Shown: positions 40,267 to 53,832 of the stretch, in pieces
Position numbering within the stretch: the first letter of the stretch is position 1
Layout of the letters: each line of letters opens with the position of its first letter
DNA from: Octopus sinensis
Taxonomy: Eukaryota
Direction: 5' to 3'
NCBI RefSeq assembly: GCF_006345805.1
Contig: NC_043018.1
Span: 5,270,001-5,334,000 of the forward strand
DNA: 64,000 nt
Program-made: the position numbers and the translations under genes
The notes under the pieces: generated by a model
What the model was told of the DNA's origin: nothing
Databases searched by the model: none
The model's input: only the letters and a program-made list of their open reading frames with translations

Positions 40267-41019
40267 AATGTAGAAAGAGGAGAGAGGCTCAGAGAGAGAG
40301 AGAGAGAGAGAGCATGGGTTGTTTCCCCATTGCTGTTGCAGTTTATAATTACAAGAGGCTAGAAGTAAGAGATTAACGAGTAGAGGTTAGTGATTTGTCG
40401 GTTAGACGATTAGTTGATTAGGTCGGAGAGTGATTAAGAGATTAGTGATTAGTAATTAGTGATTAGGGATTAATGATTAGTCATTAGTGAATGGTATTAA
40501 ACAATAATAATATATTTGCAAATTAGAGTGTTATTCTCCTTTGTGCTTGTGACATTCTTGAATTCTTATATTCGTTTATTCTATTACATTTTTAGGCATT
40601 GAGCTGCGGTCATGCTGCAGCACCGACTTGAAGAGTTTAATCGAACAAATTGACTTCAATAGTTAAAAGATATGTACAGGTGGTTGCCGACTATTGAGAG
40701 ACTTTTACTGCGTCGGAGAAGATGACTTGTAACGAACGATTGCTTCCATCTATCGTCTTCCAGACGTTGAAAGAGACAGGTCGAGAATTGGTAGGATCTA
40801 AGATTTTGCACTTCCCGACGATAAAAGAGTAGAGTAGCATATTTCCAAAGACCAGGAAAGATTCCTGTAGAGTGAGTGAACGGGTGAAAGGGTGTGACAC
40901 GGGGAAGAGCCATCCCATCAGCGAGTTGCTTAAAGATAATAGCATGGATTTGTTAGGGAGAGAGGCGTTAGAGTTCTAAGCTAGAGGGGGACAACTTTAA
41001 AGCTACGTCAGATATGTAC

Positions 41020-41250
41020 ACATCTAGGTGAGATTGCTTGTGGGGGAGAAAAAGAGACTTGCCAAGTATAATCAATATTTCATACGTTTCAGTGATACAT
41101 ATACTACACCTCTTACTGTATGGTTTGGCTTTTTCAACAATGTACTGCATTAAATTTGAATCATTTGAAATCTCTCTTTGAGATTCCCTATATGTTTAGA
41201 AAGTGATGTGAAGTTACAGTTCTTTCTGCCTTTTCTCCACACACCAGCGT
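41020..41250 (-). mobile_element. Possible Penelope-like element C-terminal fragment (after GIY-YIG)
   Basis: KHIGNLKERD..IVEKAKPYSKRCSICITETYEIL resembles the conserved PLE tail motif (W.I...A.PY....KRC.LC..EK..I). Confidence 0.45.
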
Positions 41251-42130
41251 AGACTTAATAGTAATGTCAAGCACAACCAACAGAACGTCAGATATCCTAT
41301 ACAAAAATAGTCCAAACATAGAAAAAGGAACGATAATATCTAGTAACTTTACATGTTACTATCACTAATCATAAACGTAACACGGACATTCCTGCCACTA
41401 GTGAGTTAGCAATTTCCCATCTTACACTAAACATTTAACAAGAATTCTATAAAAGCCAGTTTACTTGTTTGTATATCTTATAGTTCCGAATCTTCACTTG
41501 TTTTTCGAGGTACTAGATTATACACTTAACGAGAAACGCCTGTCAAAGGAGCTGCTGTTGAGAATTAATGTTATATCAACAGATGGAATTCTGTTAGATT
41601 ACATCGGGATAATAGAAAACACCTTCAAAATATGCAAAATAAGGTATGTACACCTTATCTAATCTTGCATATCTGGATGCAAAAGCAATTCTACACCACT
41701 ATGGGGACTCTCAGCGACAAATGAGAAAATAAAGCCTCGATGAATTAAACATTGAAGAAGTCAAATCAGAGAATGGATAAATACATATGTAACATAAAAG
41801 TCAATTAGAAACTACGGCCAGGGAATCATCCAGAGTGAGAAGTATTTGCTTAGTAGGAAATTTAATGATGCATAATTTACAAAAACGGCCCCAACCGAAT
41901 ACTTTTGAAAATTCAAAGTGTTTCAATCGCAATTTCTATTTTGATATTAGACACATAACTCCCCATCGGAACAAAAGTAGTTTAGAATGTTAATATATAA
42001 GCTCTCATCGTACTAGACGCTTTCTCGCATAAGAGTGCAGACCCATGGAGATGCAAGAACGCTTCACACGTAGATACAAATTGATCCACTGACATAGTGA
42101 TGCTGTAATTTCTTTCTTCTGTACAACATT

Positions 42131-42545
42131 TAGGCGGCAAGCCGGCAGAAATGTTAGCTCGCCGGACGAAATGCTTAGAGGTCTTTCGTCCGTCGCTATG
42201 TTCTAAGTTCAAATTCCGTCGATGTCAACTTTACCTTTCATCCTTTCGGGGTCGATAAATTAAGTACCAGTTACGTACTGGGGTCGATCTAATCGACTGG
42301 CTCCCTGCCCCAAAATTTCACGCCTTGTGCCTAGAGTAGAAAAGTATTGTTAGCTTGCCAGGCAAAATGCTTAGCGGCATTTCCCCCGTCTTTATGTTCC
42401 GAGTTCAAATTCCGCCGAGGTCGACTTTGCCTTTCATCCTTTCGAGATCGATGAAATAAATACCTGTTGAACATTGGCGTCGATATTATCGATTTACTCC
42501 TTCTCCTGAAATTGCTGGCCTTGTGCCAAAATTTAAAACCATAAT
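42131..42545 (+). mobile_element. Tandem pair of SINE family A copies (tail B then tail C)
   Basis: The first copy ends GCCTTGTGCCTAGAGTAGAAAAGT; the second starts at ATTGTTAGC and ends GGCCTTGTGCCAAAATTTAAAACC. Confidence 0.85.
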
Positions 42546-43185
42546 TAATTTCAATTATTTTGATAACTCGAATTAATTACGATAAATAACTCCAAACGGT
42601 GTCGCTTCTGAAAAAAAAGACAGTAGTTCCGTTTCATACTACACCTTACAGGTGTTCTGGGATCATTATCGGTGATGTTACTTGCATTAGAGCTCATCGT
42701 GTCCTACACTATCTGACCTCTTCGCCCAATTGACATAAGTGAGTATATTCCCGGTTTGTATCCCAATACCAGGAAACCATCGGTCTTCCCGCTTTCTCCA
42801 TAGCAGTTCAGAGTCCATTAAAGTCTTTGCAGAATGAACGCTATTGTAATGAACGTAACAATATAATTGCTTTTCCTGACGATATTTATGTCAGGTATTA
42901 GAGGATTTGTATTTAAGAGTTCACAAAAAATTGTGAGTAGCTGATACGGTTTAGTTAGTTTGCAGGTGAGTATTCTTTATGCGTTTTCACCCGGGTGTTG
43001 GGAGGATGCTGGTTATCACTTAATCATATCACCGTGATATTAGGATGAAAGATTTCGTAATCAAATGTTTTAATGTTCACAAGTAGGTTTCAAATTGTCT
43101 GTAAGGGATCATTGTCCTAGAAAATATTTAGTTACTATTTATAAGTTTTCACGTATGTGTTTAAGGAGGTGAAGTTTGCAATGAA

Positions 43186-43234
43186 TTACACTCTGATGAC
43201 GGTTCAGCTGACCGAAACTTCGAAGTTACTATCA
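43186..43234 (+). ncRNA. Candidate minimal type I hammerhead ribozyme (Penelope-type), helix I decayed
   Basis: CTGATGA (43193-43199), C, helix II GGTT/GACC, GAAA (43214-43217), helix III ACT/AGT closed by palindromic TCGA, predicted GUU cleavage triplet. Confidence 0.5.
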
Positions 43235-43250
43235 ATATTTTTAATGAATA

Positions 43251-43401
<151 letters not shown>

Positions 43402-43440
43402 CAGTATGTATGTATACACATACACATATATAAAAATATA

Positions 43441-44775
43441 TACACTGCGTTTCCTATTATTAATAACGGAATATTTTGTTTATTTTATTTAAAACCACTC
43501 GTTGGAATCCAACGAAATTTTCACAAAATGATGGCGACAGTTATATACGCGTGATGCGTAAAAAACGTTATATTTTGCGCAAGTGTAAAGGAACCGCGGC
43601 CATTTACATGATTTCCACGAAATTTCAGGGTTCCAAATTTTTAACGAGTGGTCCGATAATCGAGTAATTATGGGTCGTAAATGTGACTTAATTGCTTCAG
43701 AGAAATCTGTTTTTACATCTGAACTTTCAAAAGGTAAATCAACATTAGAAATATCTAAAGCAATTGCAAGATATCACCAAACTGTCAAAAAAATTGTTAC
43801 AGCTCCTACGAAGTGACGTCAGAGAGCCGACAAGTGTCATTCGAGGGTTGTCTCAAAGTTCTCTGCTACAAATTAAGCGTGAATGTGTGAAGAACCCAGG
43901 TCTTACAAGAGGAGAACATTTGAAGGGCTTTAGCAAAGCAATTGTGTCCAGAACTACCCGATGTCGTCTTCTCTACTTTACCAGATGTAATAACTTGTCC
44001 TGAACTTTTCCAAGTTGTCCTGTACTTTTCCATGTTTATAATCATAAGAATATTATTTTTCTTGCACGCATTTTTCCAGGTAATCCATGTTTTTCCCAGG
44101 CTATGCTATTATGCTAATGAATAATGAGTCAAATGTGTCAATTAGCGATGCTGTTGATAATTTTTTCCTTGCCTCAATGATGTCGGCGACATGTATTAAA
44201 AGTCCCCCTATGGAACTTATATTATCAACCTCAAATTGGAGAAATAAACACTCAACTTCTTTCTTTTAAAATTTCATTGCATGAGATTGATACCATGAAA
44301 TTCCTTGAATTGAACTCTATCATTTAAGCTTAAAACATAATTTGTTTTTGAAAGAAAAAAGTTAATCATACTTAAATCCAATTGTTTGCGTTACTTATAT
44401 ATTTTCCTTATATTTTACATCATAACATTTTTGATACAAATTTTGTTGCATGGAACCAAAACTATGAAATTCTTCGTGATTTCTTCTATCACTGAAGCCA
44501 ACATAAATATATTTTGATTTTAAACTAAAAAAGTTATTTAGATCGCAAACTTGATTGGTTTCCTATAACGTTATTACAAATTTTGATGTAAGCTTTTTTC
44601 TCCTGGATCAAATAACAATTTTTTTGTGCCAAAATGTAGCTAGGGACCACTCCTCTTCAAAAGTGTTAATAGTTTTCAATTTGGTTAAAAACTGAATTAG
44701 TGACAAGCTCTTAAATATGCTGCGTGTGAGTAAATTGCGGCCTTAAGAATATTATTCGAATACTATCGCAGTTGA
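43441..44775 (+). mobile_element. Internally deleted Tc1-like element
   Basis: ATG at 43670: MGRKCDLIASEKSVFTSELSKGKSTLEISKAIARYHQTVKK..LLQIKRECVKNPGLT..VSRTTRCRLL (paired-like HTH); degenerate ends TA-CACTGCG.. and ..CGCAGT; catalytic domain absent. Confidence 0.6.
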
Positions 44776-45751
44776 ATTTTATATCTGTGTGTGTGGTCGT
44801 GTGTGAATAAATATTGATGGTTTGTTAGAGAGATATACACAGACTAACAAAATACACACACACACTTATACACATATACGCATGTGGCAAATATGTATAT
44901 GTGTGTGTCTGTGTGTACACGTTATAGTAGCAGACAGAAAAAACATCATGTGAACCTATGTTATCCTAGCCATTATTAAACTAGAACTTCCTCTACGGAT
45001 TTTCTAATTCGATATACAGCAAGTAAGGCAAATAAATTCTAGAAGATTAGCGAGTAGAAATTTTATCTAAAAGAAAGATGTATACATGAACATGTATGCT
45101 GATACACACACACACACACACGCGCGCGCGTGCACACACACACACACACACACGCGCGTGCACACACACACGCGTGCACACACACACACATATAAATAGA
45201 GAAAGAGGGAGAGATACATACATACATGTATATATATAAATATATATATACATATATAGAAATATATACACACACACACACACATATATATATACATATG
45301 TATATGTATATTTATATATATATACATGTATATGTGTATGCACACACATATATACACACACTTTTATATATATATATGTAATATAGATGCGCCACCTTTG
45401 GCTGGTTCGTTGCCAATATGTTGTAGTTAATTAAATAAAGTCTTTTTCTCTAAAATTCCACTTAATGCGGCACGCACACAACACAATATGTTGCCTTTGT
45501 TGCATTTGTAGATATTTCCCACCTCCCTCCCCACCTCGATATATGTGTGTACAGGGAACTAATATCAGTGTGTGGTTTGTGTCTAAAAATATGGCCCCAC
45601 ACGCACCTATGCACACGTGAACAAACGCGCACACATATATACATATATATTTCTATATGCATATGTGTATGTAGGCATAGATATATATATATATGCATTT
45701 ACATACATATATATGTATGTATATGTATGTGTGTCAGCATATATGTTGGTG

Positions 45752-45791
<40 letters not shown>

Positions 45792-46780
45792 AACAAGACT
45801 CCAGACATGAACACACACACACACACCTATACATTTGTGTATACATACACATATTCAGTTATACATATGTATGTGTGTATGTGTGAATGCATGCAAACGT
45901 TATATAAATATAATTTGGTCATGCATCCTGTGTTATTTTTATTAAATTCAATCTTTTGCCACTGTCATTGTTCTTGTTTATATTATCAATGTTGTTGGTG
46001 TTGTTAATTTTTCTTTGTTTTTCTTCCTTCTCTCTTCGGCATACGTTTTAAGTACATTTAAAGCACACGATGCTCGTTTCGCGTCGGGCGCTGAATAAAG
46101 AACAGACTTTAACCACAAGAGCAAAGACAACAACAATAAAAACCACCACAAGGCCGCAAATAAGAACAACTATAACATAAAAAATAAAAATGATAGCAAA
46201 TAGCAAGCACGACAATACCGCTAAACGTTCTTTAATATTTGATTAAGCCGTACCATTTATAGGAAACAATTTCGGCTTTTCGAAGTTTACAAGAGGTCAT
46301 AGAACTTTCTGGATGTCTGCCGATTCCAGTTTGACCCAATGAATCAAACATATTTATTCCTTTTATAGTTGACCTGGATTATTCCACACATCACCCCTTT
46401 CTTTCTTATTTTATTTATTTGTTTCCAATTGATTTTACACACACACACACATACACACAATCAAACACACACACATATATATATATACATATATAGAAAC
46501 ACACACACATATATATATATATATATACATATATGCACATATAAATACACACACACACACACACACATACAATTTTGAAGACTTTTGTTTTGTTTTTCTT
46601 TTCTCTTGTCCGAATATTAATTTCAGTTATCGATTAGTTTTTGTCTGTTTGCAATTTGCCATTGTATACATATTTCTCTCCTCTCTCTCTCTATACGCAT
46701 GTATATATACATACATGCATACATACATATACACATACATATATATATGTATACATATGCATTCATGTATATATATATGG

Positions 46781-46811
<31 letters not shown>

Positions 46812-47129
46812 CTATATACATATATATATATGTATATTGAAAAAAATGCACAATCATTCACAGACACATGTCATTATATGAGGAGTAGCATATGCGTATA
46901 TATGTATATATATGCGTCTGTGTGTGTGTGAGAGTGTGTATGAGTGTGTGTTTGTGTCCTTGTGTATGCCTATATAAATATATATACCCATGTTGCCTCA
47001 CGTACCAAACACAGTCTCTTACACACACATACACTCGAGATTTCGTCTATTTCACTGAACTCCAATGTTACATTCGCATTTACATTGCCCTTGTGGCTAA
47101 TAAAGAATCAATTACTTATTATCAATTTA

Positions 47130-47183
47130 ACTCTGTTATTATCATTATTATTATTACCATCATCATCATCATCATCATTATTA

Positions 47184-47218
<35 letters not shown>

Positions 47219-47410
47219 GCTATTATTATTATTGCTATTATTATTATTATTATTATTGATTTTATTATTTTTATCATCATCATCATCATCATCAACATCA
47301 TCATCATCATCATCATCACATCATCATCATCATCATTATTATTATTATTATTATTATTATTAGTAGTAGTAGTAGTAGTAGTAGTAGTAGCAGCAGCAGC
47401 AGCAGCAGCA
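47130..47410. repeat. Compound (ATC)-(ATT)-(AGT)-(AGC) microsatellite
   Basis: Direct inspection. Confidence 0.95.
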
Positions 47411-48200
47411 GCATAGGGAACAGCTGCAGCAATATTAGTGTTATTGTTGTTAACGTTATCATTTTTTATTATTACGAATTTTAAAATTTTCCTTATCATT
47501 TGTCTTCACTATTGTTAGCCTCATCGTTAATAGTTATTATTATTATTATTATTATTATTGTTGTTGTTGTTGTTGTTGTTGTTCTTGTTGTTGTTGTCGT
47601 CACCATTATCCTTATATATAAGAAATCATTATTACTATGGTAATCCTTATTGCTACTGTTGTTTTATTATCCTGATTTTTGACATTGTTATTGTTATTAT
47701 TGTTATTATTACTTTTGTCGTTTTTGTTGCTATTGATGACGTAAAATATTTGCTGAGATTTTTTTTTTTTTTGGTGATATTCCTCCACTTTTCAATAATA
47801 ATAAATACAGTAACAGCAATAACAACAACAAAATGAACACTGATAAATACAGCACCAACAACAACAACAACAATAACGAAACCAACCAACCAACCAAAAT
47901 CCTCAAATATGTCCGACATCATAACGAAGAAAAAAAGCAGGAAAGAATGGAACAATTATGTAAAAATGGGATGAATGAAATATCGTTCATTAGGATTTCT
48001 TTAATCTTTCTCAAAATTGTTCTGTCTTTATTTATTTAATTATTCATATAATTCATTGAATAGATATTCAGTTTTATTTTTTCTCGTTCAATGATTTATA
48101 GAGTGGAAACAGATATACATACGTACACGCATATATATATATATATATATAATATATGGCCGTGCGTGTATATATATATATGTGTATACATATATATATG

Positions 48201-48234
<34 letters not shown>

Positions 48235-48325
48235 ATATATATATAATATATATATATACATATATATATGTATACGCTTATATACATGCATACATACGCA
48301 CATATCTTCATACATAAATACATAG

Positions 48326-48356
<31 letters not shown>

Positions 48357-48471
48357 CATATATATATGTGTGTGTGTGTGTCTATGTATCTATCTACATA
48401 TAGATTCTAAAACAACACAAAGTGGCTTTACAGTGCAGCCGCCCGTTTGATTTCTTTGTGTGTATATGTGT

Positions 48472-48515
<44 letters not shown>

Positions 48516-48716
48516 ATGTGTGAGTGTGTGTGTCTATGTGTATGTGTGTATCACTGTCGGTGCATGCATGTGTTTATATAAATGACATTAATAAGCCTTT
48601 TCCCGGGAAGTGAAGAATAACTTGTGAATGATGAATTATACACACGATACATAAAAATTGTAATCGCAAATATAAAGAAGCCTGTATTCTCATATATAAA
48701 AGTGCTTGAACCTGTG

Positions 48717-48768
<52 letters not shown>

Positions 48769-48770
48769 AT

Positions 48771-48824
<54 letters not shown>

Positions 48825-50545
48825 TATATATATCGATGTATGTGTATATAAATATATATATATATATATGTTACAGTCTATATGTATATATACTTGTGTA
48901 GATGTGTATATGTATGTATAAATATATATTTATGTACATATATATTTGTGTATGAATGTATTTATGCAGATGTTTCTTGACAGACATCCTTGTAGAACAT
49001 AATAACAAAATGGCGGTTATACATACGTAACTATATATATGTGTGTGAGAATAGTGTGTGTGTATCAGCCAGTACGTATAGACGCTTATATGCATATTTG
49101 TGTATTTTTGAAGATAAGATATTTATACAGACATCCATATGCAAAATGACAGGTAACATTTCGATAAACGAAACCGGAAGAAGCTAATATATATAAGAAT
49201 CATAAACCCATGCCGTCAACTCAAAAATAGCGGAAATCAAATTTTCGAATAAAATATTTATAGGAGCAGAATGTAAAGAAACTTTGTAAAATAGTTTGGT
49301 GATGTTAGATTAAAGAACAGCAATGGAAATAACCCTTCACCCGTCTGCATTGTCCCGACAAACCATTGCTTCATACTAATTCCAGCAACTAAATATTTGT
49401 CAAGTCACGCAAACCTGTATTAAAAATAGAAAACTTGGATCTTTGTTATGCAAAAAAGTACGTGACACTCATGGTTGGCACAATTTTTACTATCTCCCAT
49501 ATATACCCCTGGTTGCGTTTTCGCAACGCAGAACCTGCTCCTACTTGTTTCGACCTGAACTAGCTGGGAAGTATCTGTCTGAGCATACGAAATGTTCCGT
49601 AGGTAGCCGACATCCGCAGCTAACATTTGCGCACTGTCCTTCTCTTCCTGATTGTGAAAGCTTACCATGACGCGTAATCTAAATACAGTGAAATTTTAAG
49701 ACTTCATTTTTTTATGGGCATATAAGAGTTAAGTCTGTTCCAACGGGTTTTAGTCGGGGCTGAACTATATGACTAGTAGTACAGTCAGCTGTCACTTGGG
49801 AGAGAATTTGGCTTGAATATAAGTAGTTTAGTTAATTGCTTTTAGGGGTCTATGTAGTCGCTAGCAGACATAGACACATCCTTGGATGCTTTACCTTTGC
49901 CCCAGCAAAATACGCAGGATTTTAGATGTGGGAAGAGTTTTAACAAGATTGCACCAAAAATCCTTTGTGATCATTGATAGCTGAATATGCTGGAGGGGTT
50001 TGAAATGAAATCTTACGCATTAAGATACTGTGCACAGCCTAGTCAAGGATTTGAGCCTGCTATCTTATTATCATAACGTTTTGGTAATATGCCAACAGTG
50101 ACTATTCGAACAGCAAAAAATGCAATACTTAAATTAATCTCAAATCGCACCTTACTATTATTGATATTGTAAAAGTTTTGCCCGTTTCAAATTGACCACC
50201 CGTGCACCCTCCGAAGCATATATACACGATTAAATGCCACGTGGTTTTTGATAAGAGGTTTTACACAATATGTCGGAGGGAAGGTATATAACAAACTGTC
50301 ACGTGTCATTGCCACGGTTAAAACAGGCCAAAACACTTCTGACGTTCCCACGAGTCACTTCTGGGAGGATATCCTCTTTGCTCTGACGTATATTATATTA
50401 TTAACACATGTCTATGTGCATACTATATATCAGACAAAAACCACAGCATCATGCCTTTGCGTGGTGTATATACCTTGAATATGTTACACAACTGGCACTT
50501 TAAGTTCAGTGCCGATTCAGTTGCGGGCATCGAGGATATTCACAA

Positions 50546-51191
50546 GTATGTATGTATGTATGTATGTATGTATGTATGCATGTATGTATGTATGTGTGTA
50601 TGTATGTATGTGTGTGTGTATGTATGTATGTATGTATGTATGTGTGTGTGTATGTATGTATGTGTGTGTGTATGTATGTATGTATGTATGTATGTATGTA
50701 TGTGTGTATGTATGTATGAATGTATGAATGTATGTATGTATGTATGTATGTATGTATGTATGAATGTATGAATGTATGTATGTATGTATGTATGTATGTA
50801 CGTATGTATGTATGTATGTATGTATGTATGTATGTATGTATGTGTGTGTGTATGTATGTATGTGTGTGTGTATGTATGTATGTATGTATGTATGTATGTG
50901 TGTATGTATGTATGTACGTATGTATGTATGTATGTATGTATGTATGTATGTATGTATGTATGTGTGTATGTATGTATGTGTGTATGTATGTATGTACGTA
51001 TGTATGTATGTATGTATGTATGTGTGTATGTATGTGTGTATGTATGTATGTGTGTATGTATGTATGTATGTATGTATGTATGTGTGTATGTATGTATGTA
51101 TGTATGTACGTATGTATGTATGTATGTATGTGTGTATGTATGTATGTATGTATGTATGTATGTATGTTATGTATGTACGTACGTATGTATG

Positions 51192-51225
<34 letters not shown>

Positions 51226-51328
51226 GTGTATGTATGTGTGTATGTATGTATGTACGTACGTATTATTATGTATGTATGTATGTATGGGTATGTATGTATG
51301 TATGTATGTATGAATGTATGTAAATGTG

Positions 51329-51360
<32 letters not shown>

Positions 51361-52700
51361 CGTACGTACGTACGTATGTATGTATGTATGTATGTATGTA
51401 TGTATGTGTGTATGTATGTATGTACGTACGTATGTATGTATGTATGTATGTATGTATGTACGTACGTATGTATGTATGTATGTATGTATGTATGTATGTA
51501 CGTACGTATGTATGTATGTATGTATGTATGTATGTGTGTATGTATGTATGTGTGTATGTATGTGTGTATGTATGTATGTATGTATGTATGTATGTATGTA
51601 TGTGTGTATGTATGTATGTATGTATGTATGTATGTATGTATGTATGTATGTATGTGTGTATGTATGTATGTATGTATGTGTGTATGTATGTATGTATGTA
51701 TGTGTGTATGTATGTATGTATGTGTGTATGTATGTATGTATGTATGTATGTATGTATGTATGTATGTGTGTATGTATGTATGTATGTATGTATGTGTGTA
51801 CGTGTGTATGTATGTATGTATGTATGTATGTGTGTATGTATGTATGTATGTATGTATGTATGTATGTATGTGTGTATGTATGTATGTATGTGTGTTGTAT
51901 GTATGTATGTTGTGTATGTGTATGTACGTATGTATGTATGTATTATGTATGTGTGTATGTATGTAGTATGTATGTATGTATGTATGTATTGAATGTATGT
52001 ATGTGTGTATTGTATGTATGTATATGTGTAGTATGTATGTGTGTATGTATGTTATGTATGTGTATGTATGTATGTATGTATGTATGTGTTGTATGAATGT
52101 ATGTATGTATGTATGTATGTATGTATGTACGTACGTATGTATGTATGTATGTATGTATGTGTGTATGTATTTATGTACGTACGTATGTATGTATGTATGT
52201 ATGTATGTATGTATGTACGTATGTATGTATGTATGTATGTATGTACGTACGTATGTATGTATGTATGTATGTATGTATGTGTGTATGTATGTATGTGTGT
52301 ATGTATGTATGTATGTATGAATGTATGAATGTATGTATGTATGTATGTATGTATGTATGTACGTATGTATGTATGTATGTATGTATATGTGTATGTATGT
52401 ATGTATGTATGTATGTATGTATGTGTGTATGTATGTATGTATGTATGTATGTGTGTATGTATGTTGTATGTATGGTGTATGTATGTATGTATGATGTATG
52501 TATGTATGTGTGTATGTATGTATGTGTGTATGTTGTATGTATGTATGTATGTATGTATGTATGTAGTATGTATGTATGTATGTATGTGGTGTATGTATGT
52601 TATGTATGTATGTATGTATGTATGTAGATAGGTAGGAAGGTAGGTAGGTAGGTAGGTAGGTAGGTAGGTAGGTAGGTAAGTAGGTAGGTAGGTAGGAAGG
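50546..52700. repeat. About 2.1-kb (GTAT)n tetranucleotide array ending in (GGTA)n
   Basis: Direct inspection; GTGT, GTAC and GAAT variant units. Confidence 0.97.
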
Positions 52701-52844
52701 TAAGTATTTTCGTTTTGCCTTTGGTAAAAAGGTTGTGAATGAAATATCGTATGCTTTAAATCTTTAAAAAAGGCTGTATGTGTATATATATATATATTTA
52801 TATATATATATATATATCTTATATATATATATAATATATATTGG

Positions 52845-53787
52845 TTAAAAACGGTAAGGTAAGATAACAAAAGAATAACAAAAGAAAGAAAGAGGACCTC
52901 AATATTATGTAAATATAGGAAATTTATCTATACAATAATATGTTACATTATTCGGCAGTCAAGATAAAACTCTGAGTTTCAGATGCCGAAGTGGAAATCC
53001 ACAACACCATCTCTTCGGTTATCTGGCCATCTGAAAACGCTATGAAAAAACACCGTTATATAAAGGGAAATTACTGTGTTATAATTCTGCTACTTATATA
53101 AAATAAGATTAAAATTTCATAGTAAAACACGTAAACATGGCTAGTCATACGCTCACATGTGCGCTCGCGGACCCACGTGCGTACTTATACGTCACCATGA
53201 AAACGTACACACCTTCACACGCATTTTTCGCCAAATATATACGCATATATGTACAAACTCATACACACACACATGCATACCGTAAAAGTTCATACATACG
53301 TCTATATAGGCACAAGCACAAGGAAAACCATGGTTAAAGGTAACAGAAAAAACATAAGGAAGTATACAAAGCATAAAAACCACGTTCATATACGAACATG
53401 CCCTTATGCACTCATAAATATAGATATGCCCCCCCCCCAATAAACCCCTAAAAAAATGGAAAAATACTAAGTAAAAACGTCTATATATATATATGCATCC
53501 TTATGCCCGCACACACGCACACATCTAAAACTGCCCACTCATACATATTCACACACGTGTACAAATAAATCTATATACACGTCTATATAGGCACAGGAAA
53601 AAATGCAAGATAGAAAATTACAGAAAAAATTATTATGTGTGAAAATATAAAAATATATGAAATAATAAAAGGTATAATGAGATAATGTGAGCGTATGACT
53701 AGCCATGTTCACGTGTTTTACTATGAAATTTTAATCTTATTTTATATAAGTAGCAGAGTTTTATCTTGACTATTGAGTAATTGTAAC

Positions 53788-53793
<6 letters not shown>
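52845..53793. mobile_element. Inverted-repeat-bounded interspersed element, class uncertain
   Basis: 53086-53158 is the reverse complement of 53685-53757 (1 mismatch); 52936-52974 pairs with 53755-53793. Confidence 0.7.

Positions 53794-53832
<39 letters not shown>

Noticed and set aside
49420-49730. Cys/His-containing 82-aa ORF near TTAA, possible piggyBac remnant
   Set aside because: Cysteine spacing is incomplete, no TIR pair was found, and the position relative to the TTAA is inconsistent.
50509-52870. ORFs up to 400 aa of MYVC/HTYI repeats
   Set aside because: Translation of (GTAT)n, which lacks stop codons.
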